Source of the DNA: Armatimonadota bacterium
GTDB taxonomy: Bacteria; Armatimonadota; UBA5829; DTLH01
Length of the DNA stretch: 14,359 bases
Direction: 5' to 3'
NCBI GenBank assembly: GCA_038207085.1
Contig: JBBRAE010000053.1
Coordinates: forward strand, 1 to 14,359
A model generated the notes under the pieces. It ran no database searches. It saw only the letters and a program-made list of their open reading frames with translations, and was not told where the DNA came from. Shown in pieces: positions 1-7,808 of the stretch. The number at the start of each line of letters is the position of its first letter. Within the stretch, counting starts at the first letter, position 1. The position numbers and the translations under genes are program-made.

Positions 1-89
1 CCGTTCCCATACCGAACACGGTAGTTAAGCTCTCCTGGGCCGACAATACTTGGTGGGTAACTGCCCGGAAAGATAGGTCGTCGCCAGGG
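1..89 (+). rRNA. rrf: 5S rRNA, 3' portion (truncated by window start)
   Basis: Conserved 5S segments CCCATACCGAACAC, GTTAAGC and 3' end GATAGGTCGTCGCCAGG; immediately followed by a terminator hairpin. Confidence 0.95.
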
Positions 90-95
90 TTCTTT

Positions 96-139
96 AGCAG
101 AAGGCCCCATCACTCAAGTGATGGGGCCTTCTGCTTTGT
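96..139 (+). terminator. Intrinsic terminator after 5S rRNA
   Basis: Perfect 18-bp stem AGCAGAAGGCCCCATCAC (96-113) / GTGATGGGGCCTTCTGCT (118-135), TCAA loop, short T-rich tail. Confidence 0.85.
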
Positions 140-150
140 ACGGCTCACGT

Positions 151-179
151 TTGACACCAGTGGGTTTCGGTGCTATGCT
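151..179 (+). promoter_or_regulatory. sigma70-type promoter for the beta-propeller gene
   Basis: TTGACA (151-156), 17-nt spacer, TATGCT (174-179) with extended -10 TG at 171-172. Confidence 0.75.
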
Positions 180-227
180 GGTGGTCAGAATACACAGCCG
201 AACTTGGCTGAGCGTGATCTACCTCTT

Positions 228-1388
228 ATGAAGTTTACTTTCAAGACACACTGCGCGCCGGTTGTCGCCTGTGCGTTGATCATATTTACCATTGGTCTTG
301 CCCGAAGCGGCGCAGGGCCCGTTTTTGCTAAGGCTGCCGACAAGAGCGGTGACGCCAAGCTTGAACTGGTCTGGAGTCGGCGGACTCCGATGCCTCTGTT
401 TTTGTCGTCTGCTCCTGACGCCAAAGTGACGGTCTCCGTCGCTGCGGGGGGGAGCCTCACCTGCTTTGGACCAAGCGGAGGGATTCTTTGGAAGACGAGA
501 ATCGATCGTGTCGATCGGGTAGCTGTGGCTCCTGACGGATCTGCCCTCGCCTATACCCTGCTAAGCCCCAGGGACGATACTGTCTATTTCATATCCCCCA
601 ATGGCACCCTTCTTTGGAAGCGTCAACTTCGCGGGGCGGTGTGGTGCGCGGACGCAGCGGCTGAACCGGGCAGGTTCGTGGTAGGAACAGGCGCCAAATA
701 CTGCTATGTCTTCAATGTCTTAGAGAGCCGCCGTAGGTACAGACGCTGGAAGACCCCAGGGGTGCCGACGAGTGTGGTCTTTGCGCCGGATTCCAACACG
801 ATCATTCTTGGCACATGGCAGGACTCTGGTGTGGGTCGCTTCAGTAGCAGTGGCGAGAAGATCGCTTGGTGGGCAGGCAGGGAAGACATGCTTTACAGAA
901 CCGAATCAAGCGGGGGGGGGCAGTCCATTGTGGCTTTTGGGACTCGCAACACGAACCGCTCGGAAAGCTCGGTGCGGGTGATGGATAAGGAGCTTAACGA
1001 GGTGTGGTCGAGAGACTTCGACCTGCGTGGCCTTGCACTTGATGTCAGTGCCGAGAGCGAGTTGACCGGGGTGGGCTACAAGGAAACGATAGTCCACAAG
1101 AACAAAAAAATCTCAGAAAATCGGATCGCCATCTACGACAGGAGCGGCCGCCAGCTTTGGGAGAAGGGCGGGCTCTTCGGTCAATGGAACCTGATGCAGG
1201 TCTGTTCGTCGGGCAAACTTCTTCTGTTCGATGACTCGGGGGCGATGTGTCTAGTGAACCGAGAAGGCCGTGTTGTCGTGCGCACCGAGCTTGCTGGGAC
1301 TGTAAAGACGTTTCTGCCTGGTCCTAAACGCGATACCGTCACACTTTACCTCTCGAACGGTGAACTCTGCGTCTACAAAATACTCTAA
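228..1388 (+). CDS. Secreted or membrane-anchored PQQ/WD40-like beta-propeller repeat protein
   Basis: Long ORF; ATG at 228 preferred over TTG at 204. N-terminal basic plus hydrophobic signal-like segment. Repeated blade motifs (GGILWK, GTLLWK, GEKIAW, LNEVWS, GRQLWEK, VAVAPDG, VVFAPDS). Confidence 0.8.
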   Translation: MKFTFKTHCAPVVACALIIFTIGLARSGAGPVFAKAADKSGDAKLELVWSRRTPMPLFLSSAPDAKVTVSVAAGGSLTCFGPSGGILWKTRIDRVDRVAVAPDGSALAYTLLSPRDDTVYFISPNGTLLWKRQLRGAVWCADAAAEPGRFVVGTGAKYCYVFNVLESRRRYRRWKTPGVPTSVVFAPDSNTIILGTWQDSGVGRFSSSGEKIAWWAGREDMLYRTESSGGGQSIVAFGTRNTNRSESSVRVMDKELNEVWSRDFDLRGLALDVSAESELTGVGYKETIVHKNKKISENRIAIYDRSGRQLWEKGGLFGQWNLMQVCSSGKLLLFDDSGAMCLVNREGRVVVRTELAGTVKTFLPGPKRDTVTLYLSNGELCVYKIL

Positions 1389-1393
1389 ACACT

Positions 1394-1420
1394 TAAGCTG
1401 CGCCGTCATATAGCCGATAA
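1394..1420 (+). promoter_or_regulatory. Candidate sigma28 (FliA/SigD-type) promoter
   Basis: TAAG (1394-1397)-N15-GCCGATAA (1413-1420) versus consensus TAAA-N15-GCCGATAA; lies in the intergenic gap, 56 nt before the ABC ATPase start. Confidence 0.55.
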
Positions 1421-1476
1421 CATGTTAGGGTCGAGCACGCGTCGGCCTAAATCTTTATTGGTAGATATGACGGTTT

Positions 1477-2397
1477 ATGATGCAGGATACTCAACCAGCA
1501 GTTCAAACAAGCGGCCTCAGCAAGGTCTACAAGTCAGGGAAACTTGGCAAGGTGGCCGTTGACTCACTCGACCTGTGCGTCAATTGTGGAGAGGTTTTCG
1601 GGTTTCTCGGTCCAAACGGCGCCGGAAAGACTTCCACGATTAAGATGCTGCTCGGCTTCATTCGTCCGACCTGCGGTGAGTCGTATTTGCTCGGGCGCAC
1701 GGCAAGCGACCCGGACTCGCGACGCGATATCGGGTACCTCCCCGAACAGCCATATTTCCACAAGTTTATGACCCCGCGCGAAGTCGTCTCAACACACGCC
1801 GCGCTTGCTGGTGTAGCGAGGCGGGTGCGCAAGAGCCACGTCGACGAGATCATCGAGATGGTCGGACTCACAGAACTTGCGCGTCGTCCGGTCTCCAAAA
1901 TGAGCAAGGGCCAGGTGCAGCGCGTTGGCATCGCCCAGGCGCTTGTGGGCGACCCGAAGCTTCTTATTCTGGACGAACCAGCCTCGGGGCTGGACCCAAT
2001 CGGCCGCTATCAAATGCGCGACCTGATCCTGAAACAGCGGGCAGCGGGGCGGACTGTGTTCCTCAGTTCTCATCTGCTTTCAGAAATCGAAACCGTCTGT
2101 GACCGCGTTGCGGTGCTTTCTCACGGCAAACTCGTCGCGATCGGTGCGCCGGGTGAGATCAAACGCGACGATGAACACCTTGCTGTGACGACCGGCGCGA
2201 TCTCACTTGAGGTTGAGGCGCGGCTTGTCGGAGTGGACGCAGGGCTTCGCATCTTAGAGGGCGAGACGGTTATCACGATCGCTCCGCATCTCATATACGA
2301 TCTTATCGACATTCTCAGGCAGTTTGATCTGCCGATTGTCTCGGTTATCCCGGAGCGCGAAAGCCTCGAGCAGGCTTTTCTCAGGCTCGCAGCTTAG
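1477..2397 (+). CDS. ABC transporter ATP-binding protein
   Basis: Walker A GPNGAGKTS, Q-loop GYLPEQ, signature MSKGQ, Walker B LLILDEP, H-loop SSHLLSE. Confidence 0.95.
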   Translation: MMQDTQPAVQTSGLSKVYKSGKLGKVAVDSLDLCVNCGEVFGFLGPNGAGKTSTIKMLLGFIRPTCGESYLLGRTASDPDSRRDIGYLPEQPYFHKFMTPREVVSTHAALAGVARRVRKSHVDEIIEMVGLTELARRPVSKMSKGQVQRVGIAQALVGDPKLLILDEPASGLDPIGRYQMRDLILKQRAAGRTVFLSSHLLSEIETVCDRVAVLSHGKLVAIGAPGEIKRDDEHLAVTTGAISLEVEARLVGVDAGLRILEGETVITIAPHLIYDLIDILRQFDLPIVSVIPERESLEQAFLRLAA

Positions 2398-2407
2398 GTG
2401 GCGCAAG

Positions 2408-3172
2408 ATGAATAGAGTAATGATTCTCGCAAGACTTACAATGATGGAAAACGCGCGCAAGCAGGTCTTTCACGTGGTGACGCTGCTTACGCTGACGGTT
2501 GTGTGCGCGTCGACCCTGCTTTCGGTGTTCACGCTTGGTGTGCAGGTCAAGATTCTAAAGGACTTGTGCATGACGAGCATACTCTTCTGCGGTGGGGTGC
2601 TGGCGGTTGCGCTTGCGTCGACTGCGATTCCCTCTGAAACCGAGTCCCGCACGTGCTATCCGATTCTTGCGCGATCTGTGCGCCGATCCGAGTTCGTGCT
2701 GGGCAAGTACTTAGGCACGCTTGGGACGATTTATCTTGGACTGCTTTTCATAGCGGGGGCGTTTACGGTGCTTCTACTATCCAGGCAGGCCTTTGACGTC
2801 GCGATGATCGTTGCGACCGGGTACGTGTTTCTTGAGGTTGCAGTGGTTGCGGCAATTGCTGTCGCGCTCTCGACTTGCACCACCCCCGCGGTCGCTGCGA
2901 TGGTGTCGTTTTTGCTCTACGTTGCCGGGATGGTCAAGATGGCCTACTTCGAGCCAATGATCGACGGCGTGCATAACCCGGCTGCCAAGGCGCTTGTTGT
3001 GGGGTTTTACCATCTGTTGCCGAACCTGGAGTCGTTTAACTTCAAGGACGCGCTCGTCCACAACGTAGCGGTTCCCGCTGGCTATCTCGCGCAGGTTGCG
3101 ATTTACGGGGTATGCTACGCCTCGCTTGTTATCGTGCTTGCGTCGAGTGTATTTGCCAGAAAGGAGCTCTAG
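2408..3172 (+). CDS. ABC-2 type transporter permease (PilI/NosY-like)
   Basis: Start reassigned to ATG 2408 (AGGTGG upstream, 10 nt after the ATPase stop). About 6 hydrophobic segments; motif E.ESRT...ILARSVRRSEFVLGKYLG and LLPNL typical of ABC-2 permeases. Confidence 0.9.
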   Translation: MNRVMILARLTMMENARKQVFHVVTLLTLTVVCASTLLSVFTLGVQVKILKDLCMTSILFCGGVLAVALASTAIPSETESRTCYPILARSVRRSEFVLGKYLGTLGTIYLGLLFIAGAFTVLLLSRQAFDVAMIVATGYVFLEVAVVAAIAVALSTCTTPAVAAMVSFLLYVAGMVKMAYFEPMIDGVHNPAAKALVVGFYHLLPNLESFNFKDALVHNVAVPAGYLAQVAIYGVCYASLVIVLASSVFARKEL

Positions 3173-3174
3173 GG

Positions 3175-3375
3175 ATGCGCCGGACGCTCTATTCTATAGC
3201 TTTTGCGATTGCTCCTGCCGCCGTGTTCGCCCACGGTGGTGAATGTCACAGCCATCACTGGGAGTCGGGCCTTTTTGCGGGCGAAATGCGCTACCAGTTC
3301 ACTCTTATGCTCGCAGTGATTGGCGCGATCATCGTCTGGCAGGTCGCATCCTCGCTCGGGAGAGATCGCCGATGA
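3175..3375 (+). CDS. Small (66 aa) exported His-rich protein with C-terminal TM anchor
   Basis: AAGGAG RBS at 3161-3166, ATG at 3175. Signal peptide MRRTLYSIAFAIAPAAVFA, then HGGECHSHHW, then a hydrophobic helix. Stop overlaps the next start (ATGA). Confidence 0.7.
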   Translation: MRRTLYSIAFAIAPAAVFAHGGECHSHHWESGLFAGEMRYQFTLMLAVIGAIIVWQVASSLGRDRR

Positions 3376-4013
3376 AGAAGCTTGCCGCCGCCGCGTTGCT
3401 TCTATTGCTCTGTGGGATTGCCGTGCTTGATACGGGCCTGGAGTGCGGCCGTCCGCCTAAGAAATCAGGTGAGAGCGCGCTTTTGGCTCTTGCCGGTGAA
3501 TTTCGCACGGTGTTTGCGAATCTGCTTTGGATCAAGGTTGATCAATACCATCACGAGTATTCGGCGCATCACGGCGACTGGACGAAGAACTCCGATGCTC
3601 TTGGGCTGACCCGGATCATCACAACTCTCGACCCACACTTCGATGAGGCCTACGCGACCGGCTCTCTGATGATGGTCGGCATGGACAAGCCCCGTGACGC
3701 CCGCGCCTACCTCGAAGAGGGCGTCACCAACAACCCGAACTCCTTGCTCCTTCACGACGAGATGGGCACCTTCCTCGCGGTGCATATGAAGGACTACAAG
3801 GGGTCGCTCTTTCACCTGAAGAAGGCCTATTGCATCGCCAAACGCGATTGGGTGCGCCACAGCAATGGGCGCGGTCTTACAGTCGCCGGCCCTGAGAAGC
3901 AGGACGAAGAGATGAATGACGACGAGTTCCAGATGCGCCGCCTGAAGCGCCTGATCGCAACCGTCGAGCGTCTGATTCGTGAAGACGGTCGAAACGCAAA
4001 TCCTCATAACTAA
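3372..4013 (+). CDS. Membrane-anchored TPR-like helical protein, ABC-associated
   Basis: Start reassigned to ATG 3372 (ATGA overlap). MKKLAAAALLLLL anchor; LLWIKVDQY...IITTLDPHFDEAY...ARAYLEEGVTNNPNS TPR-like pattern. Confidence 0.8.
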   Translation: MKKLAAAALLLLLCGIAVLDTGLECGRPPKKSGESALLALAGEFRTVFANLLWIKVDQYHHEYSAHHGDWTKNSDALGLTRIITTLDPHFDEAYATGSLMMVGMDKPRDARAYLEEGVTNNPNSLLLHDEMGTFLAVHMKDYKGSLFHLKKAYCIAKRDWVRHSNGRGLTVAGPEKQDEEMNDDEFQMRRLKRLIATVERLIREDGRNANPHN

Positions 4014-4179
4014 GACTCTTCCTGATCGACGGCGCTATCTGCCACCGGAATGCGCTCGGTGATGTCCCCGTATGCCTCCTGAACGCCTTGGTAAAGACTA
4101 TCGGGTCGCGATGTCTTGAACAGAGGATCGGCGGCACTGAACGAGTTGTAGAGGCGCTTGAGGGCGCGGGCGGTGACAT
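4010..4179 (-). pseudogene. Possible 3' remnant of a coding sequence
   Basis: Open minus frame with protein-like composition (ARALKRLYNSFSAADPLFK...SAVDQEES*) whose upstream part runs into a REP; no convincing RBS or start. Confidence 0.25.
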
Positions 4180-4205
4180 GTAGGGGTGGACCAATGTGTC
4201 CGCCC
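4180..4205 (+). repeat. GTAG-family REP palindrome
   Basis: GTAG-GGGTGGAC-CAATGT-GTCCGCCC: GTAG foot plus imperfect hairpin, in a convergent intergenic region. Confidence 0.7.
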
Positions 4206-4277
4206 TTTTCCAATTACGATGGATGTCTGAAGTTTGGGATTAGCTTCGGGGGATTGGCCCATGTCGAGGGCTTAGGC

Positions 4278-4414
4278 GGAGCGCACGTTTCGAGAGCCTC
4301 AACGTGATTGGCTTTAGATTGATCAAGATTGATAGATTGGTGGTCGCGGTACAATCTCTCATACCTCCACCCAAGCCAAACCAATCCCCCTGAGGCTCTC
4401 GAAGGGTACGCTCC
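4278..4414. repeat. Long inverted repeat (REPIN/MITE-like)
   Basis: GGAGCGCACGTTTCGAGAGCCTCA (4278-4301) matches the reverse complement of 4391-4414 at 21/24 positions; pairing continues in register at 4306-4311/4381-4386. Confidence 0.65.
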
Positions 4415-4451
4415 ACAAATCTATCGGCGTACTACAACAAAGGGAAGCTAA

Positions 4452-5852
4452 TCAAACCTCAGTCTCCCGCCACCGCCCAAACTTGAACCAAATCACCGTC
4501 AAGACTCCCGAGAGAATCGTTGAGAGCGACATCGCCCACCACGCACCCTCTGCTCCCCAGCCCCAGTGGATCGCCATCAGCCACGCGAGCGGCATTCGGA
4601 TGATCCAGAGTGTGAGCGCGGCGATCATCGCGGGGACTTTCACATCCCCCGCGCCCTGTAGCGCACCCCTGAGCACCATCCCAAGCGCAAGGAACGGTTC
4701 TGAGATGCTGTTTATCATCAGATACGACGCGACAAGCGGGATGATCGTCTCGTCGTCGGTCAGAAGCCTCGCAAGCTGCCTGGGGATGACCAGAAAGAAT
4801 ATCGCGACAATCGACATAATCGCAACAGCCTGCCAGGTCGCAACCCACGCGCTGTGCTCGGCCCGGTCCGGCTTGCCCGCACCCAGGTTCTGCCCGACAA
4901 GCGGCGTGACGGCGGTGGCGTAGGCGGCTCCCGGCATAAAGGCGGTCGACTCGATCGCCAGCGCGAACCCGAGCGCACCCTGGGCGAGCGTCGCGTCAGG
5001 AAGCGCCCCGATCACCTTGATGAACCCGACGTAGGCCGAAGTCCACATCAGGTGCTGGATCATCGCAGGCACGCCAATTCGCATTATCCGCCCGAACCAC
5101 AGGTAATGCACGCGCATATTGCGAAGCGACGCGCCAAGGACCGACTTGTGCAGGTACCATATCGTGATCGCCATCCCCGCCATCCGCGAGATAACCGTCG
5201 AGACCGCCGCCCCGTGCACCCCAAGCGCGGGAAACGGCCCGGCCCCAAGGATCAGGAACCAGTCAAAGACAATGTTGATGAGAATAATTGCCGCCCCTGC
5301 GTAAAGCGGCGACTTGACATCCCCAACACTTCTCAGTGCCGAGGTCACGATCATAAAAAGAAACGACCCGATCGAAGACGCCGCGATAATAAGTAGATAA
5401 TTAGCCGCAAGCGGGACGACACTGGGTTGAGCCCCGACCGCCCGCACGAGCGGCGCAGCCCAGATCATCAGGGGAAGCGAGGTGAGGATTCCGGCGATTG
5501 CCCCGAGGATGATCGACTGCCGTGTAGCGTCGATCGCGTTCTCCTGCTCGCGCGCGCCGATAAAGCGCGACACAAGCGCCGAGGTGCCGATAGCTAGCCC
5601 GAGCGTTACCGCGAACTGCACCATCAAAAGCGCGCCGCCGATGTTCACCGCCGCCGAAGCGTCTCCGATATCTCCGACAGACTTCGGAATATGCCCGATA
5701 AAGGCCCGGTTGATGATATTGTAGGCGGTCTGAAAGAGCGTGTTGATCGCGGTCGGCCAGGCCAGGTACCACACCGCGCTCCAGATGTGCCCCGAGGTAA
5801 TCAGCTCCCTCGCCTCTTCCTGACGACGGGCTGCAGTGCTATTTTTGTCCAT
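4452..5852 (-). CDS. MATE family efflux transporter
   Basis: 466 aa, about 12 TM. Motifs LAWP, ALVSRFIGA, ALRSVGDVKSP, LGVHGAAVSTVISR, LVGQNLGAG, GALQGAGD, WGAEGAW. GAGGT RBS upstream. Confidence 0.95.
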   Translation of the reverse strand: MDKNSTAARRQEEARELITSGHIWSAVWYLAWPTAINTLFQTAYNIINRAFIGHIPKSVGDIGDASAAVNIGGALLMVQFAVTLGLAIGTSALVSRFIGAREQENAIDATRQSIILGAIAGILTSLPLMIWAAPLVRAVGAQPSVVPLAANYLLIIAASSIGSFLFMIVTSALRSVGDVKSPLYAGAAIILINIVFDWFLILGAGPFPALGVHGAAVSTVISRMAGMAITIWYLHKSVLGASLRNMRVHYLWFGRIMRIGVPAMIQHLMWTSAYVGFIKVIGALPDATLAQGALGFALAIESTAFMPGAAYATAVTPLVGQNLGAGKPDRAEHSAWVATWQAVAIMSIVAIFFLVIPRQLARLLTDDETIIPLVASYLMINSISEPFLALGMVLRGALQGAGDVKVPAMIAALTLWIIRMPLAWLMAIHWGWGAEGAWWAMSLSTILSGVLTVIWFKFGRWRETEV

Positions 5853-5942
5853 ACTTACCTCGAAGGCTCCTTTGACGGGGCTATGTTTCGCTCCGTCTGT
5901 TCAGGGCGGCGCAGGGAGCGCCACCGGCCAAAGTGCCGCTAT

Positions 5943-5971
5943 ATTCTACTCGTCGCGGCGAAGCAGGTCAA
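5943..5971 (-). promoter_or_regulatory. sigma70-type promoter for the MATE gene
   Basis: Minus strand TTGACC (5971-5966)-N17-TAGAAT (5948-5943). Confidence 0.65.
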
Positions 5972-6043
5972 CCAAGCAGGAAAAAGGCTCCTCGGAGACG
6001 TAGTAGAACACTGTAAGAATACCAATTAATGAAAGCTGAATGA

Positions 6044-7039
6044 ATGACACAAATTGCAGTTCTCGGGGCCGGCAGCTGGGGCACGGCTCTTTCAAGGCTT
6101 CTTGTCGATAACAACCACTCCGTGCGCATCTGGACGCCGGAAGCCGACGTGGTCGAAGACATCAACACCAACGGGGAAAACTCCAAGTATCTCCCCGGCT
6201 ATCCATATTCGGCGTCTCTTCTCGCGACGACCTCGCTTGAGGAGGCGACCCGCGACGCTGAGGCCGTGCTTATGGTCGTCCCGTCAAGCGCCCTTCGCGA
6301 GGTCTCGACCGAACTTGGTCGGGTGATGCCGAGCATCCCGCTTCTGATCAACGCCGGCAAAGGCCTTGAGATGAACACGGGTCTGCGGCTCTCGCAGGTG
6401 CTTTCCGAGACGCTTCCCGAGGCCGCCCCGGGCGCTGTCACGCTTTCCGGGCCGAACCTCGCCGTGGAAGTGGCAAGAAAGCTGCCCACCGCCACCGTCG
6501 CCGCCTCCGCCGACGAGTCCCGGGCGCGTCTGACTCAGGAAATCTTCTCATCGCGATGCCTGCGGGTCTACCGAAGCTCCGATGTAGCCGGGGTCGAGCT
6601 CTGCGGCTCGCTCAAAAACGTGCTCGCGATCGGCGCGGGGATAAGCGACGGCATGGGGTTTGGTGACAATACCAAGTCCGCGCTCGTTACCCGTGGTTTG
6701 GTCGAGATGATGAGGCTCGGCACCGCGCTTGGCGCACAGCAGAAGACTTTCACAGGCCTTGCAGGTATCGGTGACCTGATCGCGACCTGCTCCAGCCGAC
6801 TGAGCCGCAACCTCCGTGTGGGCCACGCGCTTGGCCGGGGACTCTCGGTCGATCAGGCGCTTGCCGAGGTCAAACAGGTCGCAGAAGGCGTCCCGACCTG
6901 CAAAGCCGCCTACAACCTCGCCGAAAGCCTCGGCGTCAATGCTCCGATCATCGAACAGCTCTACCGTGTGCTTTTTGAAGGCAAAGACCCCACTCAAGCA
7001 GTGACGGATCTTATGCTTCGGGAACCAAAAGAAGAATAA
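6044..7039 (+). CDS. gpsA: NAD(P)H-dependent glycerol-3-phosphate dehydrogenase
   Basis: IAVLGAGSWGTAL Rossmann motif, KGLE, LSGPNLA.EVA, GVELCGSLKNVLAI, GLAGIGDLIATC, SRN, VAEGV. Confidence 0.97.
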   Translation: MTQIAVLGAGSWGTALSRLLVDNNHSVRIWTPEADVVEDINTNGENSKYLPGYPYSASLLATTSLEEATRDAEAVLMVVPSSALREVSTELGRVMPSIPLLINAGKGLEMNTGLRLSQVLSETLPEAAPGAVTLSGPNLAVEVARKLPTATVAASADESRARLTQEIFSSRCLRVYRSSDVAGVELCGSLKNVLAIGAGISDGMGFGDNTKSALVTRGLVEMMRLGTALGAQQKTFTGLAGIGDLIATCSSRLSRNLRVGHALGRGLSVDQALAEVKQVAEGVPTCKAAYNLAESLGVNAPIIEQLYRVLFEGKDPTQAVTDLMLREPKEE

Positions 7040-7186
7040 CTGAAAAATTGGAACAATGCATGGGCTCGACTCGTATATTAAGTACAAACCGACATAGGGT
7101 ATAACGTCTATAGGCGAGCGAACTTACAACTATCCGCATGTATGCCCGGTACAAGAGGCTTAGGCGGACAGAGAAAGGTAACTACC

Positions 7187-7366
7187 ATGCGTTGCAAGTG
7201 CGGAACTGAGATAGACAACGTGCCGGAGCATCTGATGGATCTGGTCACATGGACCTGCGCGAAGTGTGCGAACACCTCACCCAAGTCCGAGCAGCAGATC
7301 ATCGAGCATGTGGAAGACAAGCCGCTTTCCAGGCGTGAAGAGAATCGACCACAGAGGGCCGCCTAA
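7187..7366 (+). CDS. Small (59 aa) Cys-rich, zinc-ribbon-like protein
   Basis: AGAAAGG RBS at 7172-7178, ATG 7187; MRCKC...WTCAKC (CxC and CxxC) followed by a charged tail. Confidence 0.7.
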   Translation: MRCKCGTEIDNVPEHLMDLVTWTCAKCANTSPKSEQQIIEHVEDKPLSRREENRPQRAA

Positions 7367-7465
7367 GGTAAATTCGCGGGGTAGGGCGCAGAGTTTGTGT
7401 GGTAAGGTGGGGGATCGGACCATTCTGACTGTGCGCCCACTCTGGCGGGTACGCGGGAAAATTAT

Positions 7466-7786
7466 TCAGAACCTTCTTCGCAGCCCCACTCCGAAGTTGA
7501 AAGTCATGTAAAGCAGAGCCATCAGCAGTGAAAACTCCCCATAGTTGAACGGCCCCGACTTGGTTCCGATCTTCCACGTAAGCGTAGCTGCGCCAAAGTT
7601 TGCCACCGTTCCAAAGAGAAACAGTATGGAGAAGACGAAGAAAAGCCAGCGCTCCGATGGGTTCAGCATCTTGCCGCGTCTCTTATACTGGACGTGAGCG
7701 TGAAGCCCGCACATCGCGAGTGCCAACAGTGTTATAACTCTTTTCGCTAACACTGCCCAGACAGGCAGGCCGGCATAATCCAGCAC
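7466..7786 (-). CDS. Hypothetical membrane protein (106 aa, about 3 TM)
   Basis: GTG start with GGAGG upstream; three hydrophobic segments with basic loops (YKRRGK, LRRRF); 22 nt after the upstream stop. Confidence 0.7.
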   Translation of the reverse strand: MLDYAGLPVWAVLAKRVITLLALAMCGLHAHVQYKRRGKMLNPSERWLFFVFSILFLFGTVANFGAATLTWKIGTKSGPFNYGEFSLLMALLYMTFNFGVGLRRRF

Positions 7787-7808
7787 CTGAGTTTAGCCTC
7801 CAAGGCCG

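Noticed and set aside
2324..2407. Longer N-termini in the ORF track for the permease (2324), and likewise 3112, 3243, 7142, 8312 and 10378
   Set aside because: They overlap upstream genes or lack an RBS; downstream starts have better RBS spacing or start-stop coupling.
4275..4283. GGCGGAGCG matching the tRNA-Ser 3' end as a possible att site of an integrated element
   Set aside because: Only a 9-bp match, overlapping an inverted-repeat arm; no integrase is present and the intervening DNA includes housekeeping gpsA.
5853..5940. Riboswitch in the roughly 85-nt MATE leader
   Set aside because: GC-rich stems are possible, but I recognise no conserved aptamer motif or expression platform; an Rfam scan would be needed.
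4459..6810. Numerous antisense or alternate-frame ORFs within MATE, gpsA and other genes
   Set aside because: Expected by-product of high-GC coding DNA; each is explained by a well-supported overlapping gene.
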